Position numbers and translations under genes: made by a program | NCBI GenBank assembly: GCA_937898525.1 | Contig: CALCBC010000066.1 | Location: 31,101 to 95,100, forward strand | DNA length: 64,000 nucleotides | Direction of reading: 5' to 3' | From: an uncultured Sphingomonadales bacterium | GTDB lineage: Bacteria; Pseudomonadota; Alphaproteobacteria; Sphingomonadales; Sphingomonadaceae | Notes under the pieces: model-generated | The model's input: only the letters and a program-made list of their open reading frames with translations | Told to the model about the DNA's origin: nothing | The model's database searches: none | Part shown: one piece after another, positions 28,458 to 37,414 of the stretch | Layout of the letters: the number at the start of each line of letters is the position of its first letter | Numbering within the stretch: the stretch's first letter is position 1

Positions 28458-29978
28458 TCAGGCGTGGGTCGAGGACAGCGCCTGCCGGACCTGCTGGAAC
28501 AACCATTCACCTGCGTCGGGCTCGACGAAGGCGTGGCTGGCGGCGGGGTAGCGGTCGATCCGCGGATCGCTTGCATCCCACGATGCCTCGAACGCCTGCG
28601 CGGTCCGGTCGCGGCCGGCGAGGAGGATCCGTACAGGGCCGGTGAACTCCGCCAGCCCGTCGCGCATCTCGCCCGCCAGGCTGCTCGGGGGTGCGGCCGG
28701 GCGCAGCGCGCGGGCGAGTCCCCCTGCGAGCTTGCGCAGCGAAACCTTGCCGGTCGCCAGTCGCAGCAGTTCCCTGGGGTCGCGCAGCTTGGCGGCGTAG
28801 CGCTCCCGGATCGCCGCCGGCGGCGGGGTGCCGTCGTCGCCCTCGATGGTCCACGGATTGGCAAGCACGAGCGCGTCGCACCCGGCGCCGCGGTTCAGCA
28901 TGAGTGCGCTCGCCGCGTCGCAGTTGCCGAATGCGACGATCTGAGAAAGCCCTGGACGCGCCGCGCGGAACGCAGCGAGCGCCGCTGCGAGGTCGGCACC
29001 GCTGTCGCGGAAGCCGCGGTTATCTCCGGTGCTGTCGCCCACGCCGCGTCTGTCGAAGCGGAAAACCGGAAAGCCTGCCTCGGCGATCCTGCGAGCGAGT
29101 TGCGCCTGGCCCGCAAAGGCGCCGGCGCGGATCTCGTTGCCGCCGGTGACGATCAGCAGTCCGGTGTCGTTCGGAGCGTCGTCGAGCGTGCCGACGAGCG
29201 TCTCGCCCTCGCACGCGAATGTCAGCCAGCGTCCTTCGACAAGCTCAGGACACCCCTCGGACACGCTCAGGGTCAGCGAAGGGTCTTCAACAGAGTGTCC
29301 TGGGCTTGCCGAAGGACCCCGAACCGCCCCCGAGACAAGCCTGGCCAGCGCGTCGGCCTGCGCCGGATCGTGATCCGGTTCGGCGCGCAGCCACAGTCCC
29401 GGTCCGCCGACGTCGGCCTGGGCGATGTTGGCCAAGGCTGCGCCGCCCGAAGGCTCGGCAGCCTCGAGCTCGCGGATCAGCTCGGCGCCGAGGCGATAGC
29501 CGGCGAGGTCAAGTCCCGCCTTCCGGCCATGCTCGAGCAGCACGTCGCGATCCTCGTCGATCCCGGCCTCCCGGCTCGCGATCACCCTCGCCCGAAGCAT
29601 GCCGCGCAGCAGCGCCGGGCCGGTCGTCGGCGCGTAGCGCACCATCGGCAGGGTGTCCGGCTCGCACAGCGCCCCCGCGCGGATCGACAGCCCGTGCGTC
29701 GCCTCGAAGTAGCGGGCGGCTGCCTCGGCGGCCTCGCGCCAGCCGGCCAAGGTCTGGTGCTCCAGCGCGGCCGGGCTCTCGTTGCAGCCGGGCAGGTCGG
29801 GCAGGAAGGAATCGATTCCGGCTGCATCGAGCCGGCGCATCAGCTCGACCGTGAAGTGGCGCAGCTTGTTGCCCTCGTCGAACAGCGCCGGCAGCACGAG
29901 GACGCGCTTCTCGCGCCCCCGGTCGATCGCCACCGTGTATTCCCGGCCCCCGGGCCCAGGCCAGGCGGCGATCATCAC
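28458..29978 (-). CDS. Fused exosortase A-associated hydrolase 2 + hydrolase 1 (two alpha/beta-hydrolase domains)
   Basis: N-half LPALFDEGNKLRH...DLPGCNES (hydrolase 2 type). C-half GLLIVTGGNEIRAG...FDRRGVGDS...GNCDAASA (hydrolase 1 type). One continuous 506-aa ORF. Confidence 0.8.
   Translation of the reverse strand: MMIAAWPGPGGREYTVAIDRGREKRVLVLPALFDEGNKLRHFTVELMRRLDAAGIDSFLPDLPGCNESPAALEHQTLAGWREAAEAAARYFEATHGLSIRAGALCEPDTLPMVRYAPTTGPALLRGMLRARVIASREAGIDEDRDVLLEHGRKAGLDLAGYRLGAELIRELEAAEPSGGAALANIAQADVGGPGLWLRAEPDHDPAQADALARLVSGAVRGPSASPGHSVEDPSLTLSVSEGCPELVEGRWLTFACEGETLVGTLDDAPNDTGLLIVTGGNEIRAGAFAGQAQLARRIAEAGFPVFRFDRRGVGDSTGDNRGFRDSGADLAAALAAFRAARPGLSQIVAFGNCDAASALMLNRGAGCDALVLANPWTIEGDDGTPPPAAIRERYAAKLRDPRELLRLATGKVSLRKLAGGLARALRPAAPPSSLAGEMRDGLAEFTGPVRILLAGRDRTAQAFEASWDASDPRIDRYPAASHAFVEPDAGEWLFQQVRQALSSTHA
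29231..29317. repeat. 87-bp palindromic REP/RPE-like element inside a coding sequence
   Basis: 23-bp arms gtccttcgacaagctcaggacac (29231-29253) and gtgtcctgggcttgccgaaggac (29295-29317) are inverted repeats matching at 21/23. The 41-bp spacer holds a degenerate inner copy. Length is a multiple of 3. Confidence 0.8.
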
Positions 29979-29984
29979 CGCGGC

Positions 29985-30263
29985 TCAGCCGCCGAGCTTG
30001 GCCGTGACGAAGCCAAGCAGCGCGCCGTAGCTCTCGAGCATCTCGCCATCGACCTCGTCGTCCTCGATGATGATTCCGAGCCGGTCCTCGATTTCGGTCA
30101 GCAGGCCGGCGACCGCCATCGAATCGAGTTCGGGCAGGTGGCCGAACAGCCCGCTATCGGCGGTGAAGGCCGCGGCTCGCTCGGGTGCGAGGCCGAGCAC
30201 GTCCTGCAGCACCTGCCGCAGGATGGTGTCGGTTTCGGATTGTTCGCCCACGGAAATCGTCAT
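29985..30263 (-). CDS. Acyl carrier protein (XrtA system-associated)
   Basis: LFGHLPELDSMAVAGLL with the phosphopantetheine Ser; acidic 92-aa protein. Confidence 0.9.
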   Translation of the reverse strand: MTISVGEQSETDTILRQVLQDVLGLAPERAAAFTADSGLFGHLPELDSMAVAGLLTEIEDRLGIIIEDDEVDGEMLESYGALLGFVTAKLGG

Positions 30264-30290
30264 CGGTCGGCCCCTCGTTCGCGCCGCCCC

Positions 30291-31277
30291 CTAGCCAGCG
30301 GCGCGTCGTGAAACAAGCTTGCGCGCGAGCCCCTTGGCCAGCGCGAACCAGTTGCGCGGGTTGCCGGGACGGAAGCAGTCCAGCCGCCAGCGCGGCCGCA
30401 CCTGCTCCATCCAGTCGCGCTTGTAGGGGTCGTCTCCGGTGCCGAAATCGACCCATTCGACGCGGTCGCGGTCGATCACATGCTCGAACAGCGCGGCACT
30501 GAGCGTCGTACCTGCCGACAGCGGCCGTGCGCTCTCCAGATGGGCGAGCTTGTGAATGTAGGCGGTGCCGTCCTCGACCGTCCATACCTGTGCGGCAATG
30601 ACAGCGCCCTCGTGGCGCGCGAGGCCGAGCCGCAGCCGCCCGGCCGCCCCTTCGGCTTCGGCAAACCGGCGCAGCAATGCAGGATCGCCTTCGGCGGGCT
30701 TCCAGCTTTCGCTGTAAACGGCCTCGTAGGCTTCCCAGGCCCCGACCTCGAATGAGGTCAGGATTTCCACCTGGACCTTCTTCGCCTTGCGCTTGAGCGT
30801 CGTCCTCAGCGGCCCCGGGCGCGCGGCCAGGTACTCCGCGTAGCTGCGCCCGGCGACCGGCAGGACGTGGTTCGTGTCGCATGGCTCGCGCAGCACGATC
30901 CATCCAGCCTCGCGGAACGCGCGCTCGAGGCGCGTCGCGCAGCCGTTCTCGTCGGGCAGCTTGCTGAGCGTGACGCGCGAAGCCTGTGACCCAAGATCGC
31001 GGGCGAGGCGCGCGAGCAGCGCTTCGCGCGGAGCATTGCCGGTGGCGAGTTCGGTCCAGGTGAAGGCGTACCAGTTGCTCAGCGGTTCGAGGCCGCCGTC
31101 GCTGCGAACCAGGGGCAGGGCAAGCGCTTCCGGGCCCTCGCGCACCAGCGCGACCAGCGGGCGCATGCCCGACTGCTCGAGCAGGGCGAACCACTCGGGT
31201 CGCGCGAACGGGCCGCGCCCGGTGAAAGGCAAGCCTTGCAGAACGTTAACCGTCTCGTGATAGCTGACTTCCGCCAC
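30291..31277 (-). CDS. GNAT-family (CelD/BcsL-like) acyltransferase
   Basis: RTTLKRK, YSESWK, LRLGLA, AYIHKLAH, SAGTTL, DFGTGDDPYKRDWM. Confidence 0.82.
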   Translation of the reverse strand: MAEVSYHETVNVLQGLPFTGRGPFARPEWFALLEQSGMRPLVALVREGPEALALPLVRSDGGLEPLSNWYAFTWTELATGNAPREALLARLARDLGSQASRVTLSKLPDENGCATRLERAFREAGWIVLREPCDTNHVLPVAGRSYAEYLAARPGPLRTTLKRKAKKVQVEILTSFEVGAWEAYEAVYSESWKPAEGDPALLRRFAEAEGAAGRLRLGLARHEGAVIAAQVWTVEDGTAYIHKLAHLESARPLSAGTTLSAALFEHVIDRDRVEWVDFGTGDDPYKRDWMEQVRPRWRLDCFRPGNPRNWFALAKGLARKLVSRRAAG

Positions 31278-31299
31278 TACGCCGCTTCCATGGACTTCG

Positions 31300-32808
31300 A
31301 TGCCTGCGCCCGATCCCGTTCCCCGTCCGCTCGATCATCTCGCCGAACGCGGGCGTGATGAGGCTCCGGCGCTGATCCTGCGCGGCGAGACGCTTAGCTG
31401 GAAGGGCTTAAGAACCCGTGTCGGACAGCTTGCGGCATGGCTCGCAGCGCAGGTTCCGGAGAAGGGCGCGCGCGTCGCCACCTGGGCTGCCAAGGGCGAG
31501 TTGACCTGCCTGATGCCGCTTGCCGCGGCGCGCGCGGGGCTTGTCCACGTACCGATCAACCCGCTGCTCAAGCGTGCCCAGGCGGCACATATCCTGGCCG
31601 ACAGCGAAGCGCGGCTGCTGATCGCCAATTCCGGGCGTCTTTCCACGCTCGAACAGGGGGATATTCCCGAATCCTGCTGCGCCTTCGAGGAAGGTGACGT
31701 GATTGGCTCATCCAGGGCCTGCGAGATTGCACCGCCCTCGCAGGCGGATACCGGCGCGCTTGTCGCGCTTCTCTATACGAGCGGGTCGACCGGCCGCCCC
31801 AAGGGTGTGATGCTGAGCCACGCCAACCTGTGGCTCGGCGCCGTCAGCGTGGCCCACTACCTGGGCCTCGCTGACGATGACGTCACTCTCGCGGTGCTTC
31901 CGCTGAGCTTCGACTACGGCCAGAACCAGCTGCTTTCGACCTGGTACGCGGGCGGCTGCGCGGTCCCGCTCGACTACCTGGCTCCGCGCGACGTGATCAA
32001 GGCTTCGGCCCGCCACGGCGTCACGACGCTCGCCGCCGTGCCGCCGCTGTGGGTCCAGCTGGTCGAGCAGGAATGGCCCTCCGACGCGGTGGCGCCCATG
32101 CGGCGGCTGACCAACAGCGGCGGAGCGCTGACGGTGGAGCTCGTACGCAAGCTGCGCGCGCTTTTCCCTGCGGCACGCCTGTTCCCGATGTACGGCCTGA
32201 CCGAGGCTTTCCGTTCGACCTATCTCGACCCTGCGCTGGTCGACACGCATCCCACCTCGATGGGCCGGGCGATCCCGTTCGCCGAAATCCTCGTCATTGG
32301 GGACGACGGTGACGTCACGGCGCCAGGCGAGGAGGGCGAACTGGTCCACTGCGGCCCGCTCGTCGCCCAAGGGTACTGGAACGACCCGGCCAGGACCGCC
32401 GAGCGGTTCAGGCCGGCTCCGGCGGTTTCGCAGTATGGCGGCACGGCGGTCTGGTCCGGTGACCGCGTGACGCGCGATGCCGAGGGCCTGCTCTACTTCG
32501 TCGGCCGTCGCGACGCGATGATCAAGAGTGCCGGGAACCGCATCAGTCCGCAGGAAATCGAGGAAGCCGCGCTCGCGACCGGGCTCGTTGCCGAGGCTGC
32601 CGCGATCGGCGTGCCCGATCCCGAGCTCGGTCAGGCCGTTCACCTGGTCGTGCGCGGCACGGGCGACGAGGAGGCGCTGCGGGCCGCACTCAAGCGTGAG
32701 CTGCCCAACTTCATGCAGCCGCAGGTGATCCGCTGGGTCGAGCGCATGCCGCTCAATCCCAACGGCAAGATCGATCGCACGGCGCTGCACGCGGAGGCCG
32801 CTGCGTGA
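31300..32808 (+). CDS. AMP-forming acyl-CoA/acyl-ACP ligase, exosortase A-associated (TIGR03098-like)
   Basis: YTSGSTGRPKG, MYGLTEAFRST, SGD, GRRDAMIKSAGNRISP, NGKIDR adenylation motifs. Confidence 0.9.
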   Translation: MPAPDPVPRPLDHLAERGRDEAPALILRGETLSWKGLRTRVGQLAAWLAAQVPEKGARVATWAAKGELTCLMPLAAARAGLVHVPINPLLKRAQAAHILADSEARLLIANSGRLSTLEQGDIPESCCAFEEGDVIGSSRACEIAPPSQADTGALVALLYTSGSTGRPKGVMLSHANLWLGAVSVAHYLGLADDDVTLAVLPLSFDYGQNQLLSTWYAGGCAVPLDYLAPRDVIKASARHGVTTLAAVPPLWVQLVEQEWPSDAVAPMRRLTNSGGALTVELVRKLRALFPAARLFPMYGLTEAFRSTYLDPALVDTHPTSMGRAIPFAEILVIGDDGDVTAPGEEGELVHCGPLVAQGYWNDPARTAERFRPAPAVSQYGGTAVWSGDRVTRDAEGLLYFVGRRDAMIKSAGNRISPQEIEEAALATGLVAEAAAIGVPDPELGQAVHLVVRGTGDEEALRAALKRELPNFMQPQVIRWVERMPLNPNGKIDRTALHAEAAA

Positions 32809-34031
32809 AGCCGCTCGGGCCGATCCCCCCCGGATATGTCGCGGTCGACGGTCAACTGGCGGTCGCCGGGCGCAAGGCGAGCGAACTCGTGGACGAGGCG
32901 GGCGGGACGCCGCTGTTCGTCTACTCGGCCGACCTGATCCGGCAGCGTGTGACGGCGCTGCGCGAGGCGATGCCCCGGCAGCTGCGGATTCACTACGCGG
33001 TCAAGGCCAATCCCTTCGGGCCGCTGCTCGCCCTCATGGCCGACCTTGTCGACGGGTTCGACATCGCCTCGGCCGGCGAGCTCGAATTGGCCCTGCAGGC
33101 GGGGCAGGTGCCGGGGCGGATCAGTTTCGCGGGGCCGGGCAAGCGCGATGCCGAGCTCGAAGCCGCGATCGGCCACGGCGTGACGCTCAATCTCGAATCC
33201 GAGGCCGAGGCGCGCCGCGCGCTGGCGATCGCCGATCGTCTCGGAGTGACGCCGCAGTTGGCGATCCGCGTCAATCCGGACTTCGAGCTGCGCGGCTCGG
33301 GGATGAAGATGGGCGGCGGGGCCAAGCCCTTCGGGCTCGACCAGGTGCGAGTCCCGACGCTCGCCCGTGAAGTGATCGCTGCCGGAGCAGCATGGCGCGG
33401 CCTGCACATCTTCACCGGCAGCCAGGCGCTCGATGCCGCCGCGATCATTGAAACCCAGGGCAACGTGCTCGACCTCGCCGCGCGTCTGACCGCAGAGATC
33501 GGCGCTGCGTTGCCGCACCTCAACATGGGCGGCGGATTCGGCATCCCCTATTTTCATGGCGACCAGCCGCTCGACGTCTCAGCGGTCGGCTCAGCGCTTG
33601 CCGAGCGGTTCACGCGCCTTCCCGGCGAGCTGGAAGGGACGGAGTTCGCGATCGAGCTCGGCCGTTACCTCGTGGGCGAGGCCGGCGTGTACCTCGCGCG
33701 GATCGTCGACCGCAAGGAAAGCCACGGGCAGGTGTTCCTCGTCACCGACGGCGGCCTGCACCACCAGCTGGCCGCTTCGGGCAACTTCGGCACCGTGGTG
33801 AGACGGAATTATCCGGCGGCGATCGCCACCCGCTACGGCGCCGAACCGGTCGAGGAAGCGAACGTCGTAGGCTGCCTGTGCACCCCGCTCGACAGACTGG
33901 CCGACCAGGCGTTGCTGCCTCGCGCCGAGGTCGGCGACCTGGTCGCCATCTTCTGCGCGGGAGCCTACGGCGCCAGCGCCAGCCCCTCCGCATTCCTCGG
34001 TCAGGGCCCGGCCCGCGAGATGCTCGTTTAG
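32805..34031 (+). CDS. PLP-dependent decarboxylase (Orn/DAP/Arg fold III), exosortase A-associated (TIGR03099-like)
   Basis: YAVKANP, GPGK, HIFTGSQ, NMGGGFG, ELGRYLV, GCLCTPLD, GAYG. Confidence 0.9.
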   Translation: MKPLGPIPPGYVAVDGQLAVAGRKASELVDEAGGTPLFVYSADLIRQRVTALREAMPRQLRIHYAVKANPFGPLLALMADLVDGFDIASAGELELALQAGQVPGRISFAGPGKRDAELEAAIGHGVTLNLESEAEARRALAIADRLGVTPQLAIRVNPDFELRGSGMKMGGGAKPFGLDQVRVPTLAREVIAAGAAWRGLHIFTGSQALDAAAIIETQGNVLDLAARLTAEIGAALPHLNMGGGFGIPYFHGDQPLDVSAVGSALAERFTRLPGELEGTEFAIELGRYLVGEAGVYLARIVDRKESHGQVFLVTDGGLHHQLAASGNFGTVVRRNYPAAIATRYGAEPVEEANVVGCLCTPLDRLADQALLPRAEVGDLVAIFCAGAYGASASPSAFLGQGPAREMLV

Positions 34032-34204
34032 ACCTTGCCCCCGCGCTGTCCCGCAACGGGACGACGCCTCTGAAAGTCGCGATTTCCCGCGGTTTTTGGC
34101 GTCAAGGCTAACGGGATGTTCACGCTTTTCGGCCAGACCCCGCCACGGATCCTGACGGAGTCCGTGTGCACGGCTGCCGCAACCCAATCGGAAGGACGCA
34201 CGTG

Positions 34205-34846
34205 ATGCGAACCAGTCCTTTTTCCCGGATGATCGCCGCGAGCGCGATCGTCGGACTCGCGCTGTCGGGCTGCGCTTCGGGCAACGGCCCCCAGCTGGCC
34301 CCGGCGAGCTTCGTCGCGATGCAGGAAGGCCCGGGTGAGGAATACGTGATCGGCCCGCTCGACGAGCTGACCATCCACGTCTGGCGCAACGAGGAGCTCG
34401 GCGCGCGAGTCCAGGTCCGCCCCGACGGCCGGATCACCACCCCGCTGGTCGCCGACATGCCCGCGGTCGGGAAGACCCCGACCATGCTGGCCGAGGACAT
34501 TCGCCTGCAGCTCTCGCAGTACATCGCCGAGCCGCTGGTCAGCGTCATCGTCAACGAATTCGCCGGCACCTTCAGCCAGCAGGTCCGCATCGTCGGTGCG
34601 ACCGAGAAGCCCGCCTCGGTGCCGTATCGCGCCAACATGACGCTGCTCGACGCGATGATTGCAGTCGGCGGGCTCAGCGAATTCGCCTCGGGCAACCGCG
34701 CCAAGCTGATCCGCTTCGACAAGACCAGCGGTTCGCAGCGCGAGTACGCGCTGCGGCTCGGCGACCTGCTCAAGAAGGGCGACAGCCGCGCGAACGTCAT
34801 GCTCGCCCCGGGCGACGTGATCATCATCCCCGAGAGCATGTTCTGA
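34205..34846 (+). CDS. Polysaccharide export lipoprotein (Wza-like, XrtA system)
   Basis: LSGC lipobox, YVIGPLDEL, VRPDGRITTPL, LAPGDVIIIPES. Confidence 0.9.
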   Translation: MRTSPFSRMIAASAIVGLALSGCASGNGPQLAPASFVAMQEGPGEEYVIGPLDELTIHVWRNEELGARVQVRPDGRITTPLVADMPAVGKTPTMLAEDIRLQLSQYIAEPLVSVIVNEFAGTFSQQVRIVGATEKPASVPYRANMTLLDAMIAVGGLSEFASGNRAKLIRFDKTSGSQREYALRLGDLLKKGDSRANVMLAPGDVIIIPESMF

Positions 34847-34859
34847 GAGGACCGCCCGC

Positions 34860-36380
34860 TTGAACCTCGTCCTCGAAGAGCTGCGCGCGGCCCTGTGGAC
34901 CGTGTGGAACCGCCGCTGGCTGGCGCTGGCGGTGGCCTGGGCCGTGTGCCTGCTCGGCTGGCTGGTGGTGGCGATGATCCCCAACACCTACCAGTCCGAG
35001 GCACGGCTTTACGTGCAGCTCGACGACGTGCTCGCCGAGCAGATCGGCATCGGCTCGGCGAGCCGGCGGAACGACATCGAGCGAATCCGCCAGACGCTGA
35101 CCAGCGCGGTCAACTTCGAGAAGGTCATTCGTTCGACGCGGCTCGGCGACACGGTCACTACCCCGGCGCAGATGGAGCGTGCGGTCGCCGCGCTGGCGGA
35201 GGACGTGAAGGTCGTCGGCGACGAGAAGAACGTGTTCCACATCACGGCCACCAGCGGTCGCAGCGACCTCTCGGACGGCGAGAACGCGCAGCTCGCGCAG
35301 GACATCGCGCAGCGGATGATCGACATCTTCCGCGAGGAGAACCTCGGCGAGAGCCGCGGGGAGATGCGCGAAACGATCGCGTTCCTCGACCAGCAGCTGG
35401 CGCAGCGGCAGAAGGAACTCGACGAGGCCGAGGCGCGCCGCCTCGCGTTCGAGGCCGAGCATCCCGAGCTGATCGGCGGGCCGGCGTCGATCACCGCGCA
35501 GTTGAACGCGGTGCGCGCCGAGTTGCGCGGGGTCGAGGCCGATCTCGCCGCCGCGCAGAGTGCGCTGGCGGCGCTCGATGGTCAGCTGGCAGGGACGCCG
35601 CGGACGCTTGCGGGCGCCGGTAGCGCCGGGCCGCGCGCTGCGCTGGCGCAGGCGGAAGCCAATCTTGCCGCGCTGGAGGCGCGCGGGCTGACCGCGAACC
35701 ATCCGGACGTTGTCGCGCTGAACAAGCAGATCGCCAGCCTGCGCACCCAGGCGCAGGGGCCGGGCGCCGATCTTGGCGGGACGCCCAACCCGGCATGGAC
35801 TTCTCTCCAGGCGATGAAGGTCGAGCGGCAGGCCAACGTGCAGGCGCTGACCTCGCGCGCCGCGGCCCTGCGCGCCGAGATCGCCTCGATCACCGCGAGC
35901 CAGCTGTTGGAACCTGGGGCAACGGCCGAAGCGCAGCGCATCAGCCGCGATTATGAAGTGCTGCGCGAGCAGTACGACAAGCTGCTCAAGGATCGCGAGG
36001 AGCTCCGCCTGCGGGGCCAGGTCGAGACCGAGCGCAGCACGATCAAGTTCGAGGTCGTCGACCCGCCGACCACGCCGCGCGTGCCGGCGGCGCCGAACCG
36101 GCCGCTACTGCTGTTCGGAGTGCTCGTCGTCGGCGTCGGGGCCGGTTGCGGGGCTGCGTTCGCGCTTGGACAGATCAAGGGCACTTTTGCCACCGCCAGC
36201 AAGCTCGAGCGGACCTTCGGACTGCCCGTGATCGGTACGGTGTCGCGGACGGTGACCGCCTCCGTTCGCGCGCTCGAGATGCGCCGCCTCAAGCAGTTCG
36301 CCGCGGCTGCGGGCGGACTCGGGGTCCTGTTCGTCGTGCTGCTGGGCGTCGAGTTCGTCCAGCGTGGGCTTGTCGCGTGA
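34860..36380 (+). CDS. Polysaccharide chain-length determinant (Wzz/Wzc N-terminal type, XrtA system)
   Basis: Two TM segments flanking a long coiled coil; HPDVVAL; VVDPPTTP..PAAPNR. Confidence 0.88.
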   Translation: MNLVLEELRAALWTVWNRRWLALAVAWAVCLLGWLVVAMIPNTYQSEARLYVQLDDVLAEQIGIGSASRRNDIERIRQTLTSAVNFEKVIRSTRLGDTVTTPAQMERAVAALAEDVKVVGDEKNVFHITATSGRSDLSDGENAQLAQDIAQRMIDIFREENLGESRGEMRETIAFLDQQLAQRQKELDEAEARRLAFEAEHPELIGGPASITAQLNAVRAELRGVEADLAAAQSALAALDGQLAGTPRTLAGAGSAGPRAALAQAEANLAALEARGLTANHPDVVALNKQIASLRTQAQGPGADLGGTPNPAWTSLQAMKVERQANVQALTSRAAALRAEIASITASQLLEPGATAEAQRISRDYEVLREQYDKLLKDREELRLRGQVETERSTIKFEVVDPPTTPRVPAAPNRPLLLFGVLVVGVGAGCGAAFALGQIKGTFATASKLERTFGLPVIGTVSRTVTASVRALEMRRLKQFAAAAGGLGVLFVVLLGVEFVQRGLVA

Positions 36381-36393
36381 GGGGGCTGCCGAG

Positions 36394-37410
36394 ATGACCG
36401 AGCAGAGCAAGATCCCCGTTCCCGGCCAACCCGAGAAGGGCAAGTCGCTGCTGGAGCGCGCCGACGGCGCGTTCGGATTCGAAGGCCTGATGGCGGCGCC
36501 GGTTCCCGAGCGCCTGCCCGAGCCGGCGACGCGCCGATCTCCCCAGTCGCGGAAGCGGCCACCCGAACTGCGCGCGTCGTCCGAGACACCGGAGGTTCCG
36601 ACGTCACCTGTCGTCGACGTGCAGCCCGGAGCGGTACGCCCGGCTCCGAGTTCGCTGGAGAAGGTCGAATTCACCGGCCGACCACAGACGATCGATCGTG
36701 CACGGCTCAGGGCCAACGGGCTGATCGACCCCGATGGTGACGTGACCACGCTCCTCGAGGAGTTCCGCATCGTCAAGCGGCAGATCCTGCTCGCGGCACG
36801 CGAAGCGGTCGAGGCCGGCCGCGGCCCGGCGGCGCAGCGCGTGCTCGTCTGCTCGCCGCTGCCGGGCGAGGGAAAGACCTTCTGCGCGGTCAACCTCGCG
36901 CTGGCGATTGCGTTCGAGAAGGATGTCGAGGTCGTTCTGGCCGACGCCGATTTCGCCAATCCGTCGGTGCTCTCTTTGCTCGGTCTCACCGCCGACAAGG
37001 GGCTGATGGACGCCTTCGCCGATCCCACGGTCCGCATCGAGGACTGCGTGATCCCGACCGACGTCCCGGGGCTGTTCGTGCTCCCGGCGGGCAATCGCAC
37101 CTCGTCGGACAGCGAGTATCTCGCGGCCGAGCGTACGAGCGAGATTCTCGATCGACTGACCCGGGGCGCGCCGCGGCGGCTCGTGATCTTCGATTCGCCA
37201 CCCGCGCTCGCGGCCTCTCCAGCCGCCGAGCTCGCACATCACGTCGGCCAGGCGCTGCTGATCTGCCGGGCCGACCAGACCGGGCAGAGCGCGCTCGAGG
37301 ATGCGCTGTCGCTGCTGTCCGCCTGCCCCGACATCAAGCTGCTGCTGAACTCGGCGCATTTCAGCCCGAGCGGTCGCCGCTTCGGCGCCTACTACGGATA
37401 CGGGAGCTGA
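36394..37410 (+). CDS. BY-kinase-type tyrosine kinase (stand-alone Wzc cytoplasmic domain)
   Basis: EEFRIVKR, Walker A SPLPGEGKT, A' LADAD, Walker B IFDSPP, C-terminal Tyr cluster GAYYGYGS. Confidence 0.88.
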   Translation: MTEQSKIPVPGQPEKGKSLLERADGAFGFEGLMAAPVPERLPEPATRRSPQSRKRPPELRASSETPEVPTSPVVDVQPGAVRPAPSSLEKVEFTGRPQTIDRARLRANGLIDPDGDVTTLLEEFRIVKRQILLAAREAVEAGRGPAAQRVLVCSPLPGEGKTFCAVNLALAIAFEKDVEVVLADADFANPSVLSLLGLTADKGLMDAFADPTVRIEDCVIPTDVPGLFVLPAGNRTSSDSEYLAAERTSEILDRLTRGAPRRLVIFDSPPALAASPAAELAHHVGQALLICRADQTGQSALEDALSLLSACPDIKLLLNSAHFSPSGRRFGAYYGYGS

Positions 37411-37414
37411 TACC

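Noticed and set aside
29231-29317. Palindromic repeat considered as a CRISPR repeat or IS end
   Set aside because: It is a single inverted-repeat unit with no repeat-spacer periodicity, no cas genes and no transposase.
34032-34204. Candidate sigma54 -24/-12 promoter for the EPS export operon (TTGGCGTCAAGGCT)
   Set aside because: GG-to-GC spacing does not fit the required GG-N10-GC, and TTGC is absent.
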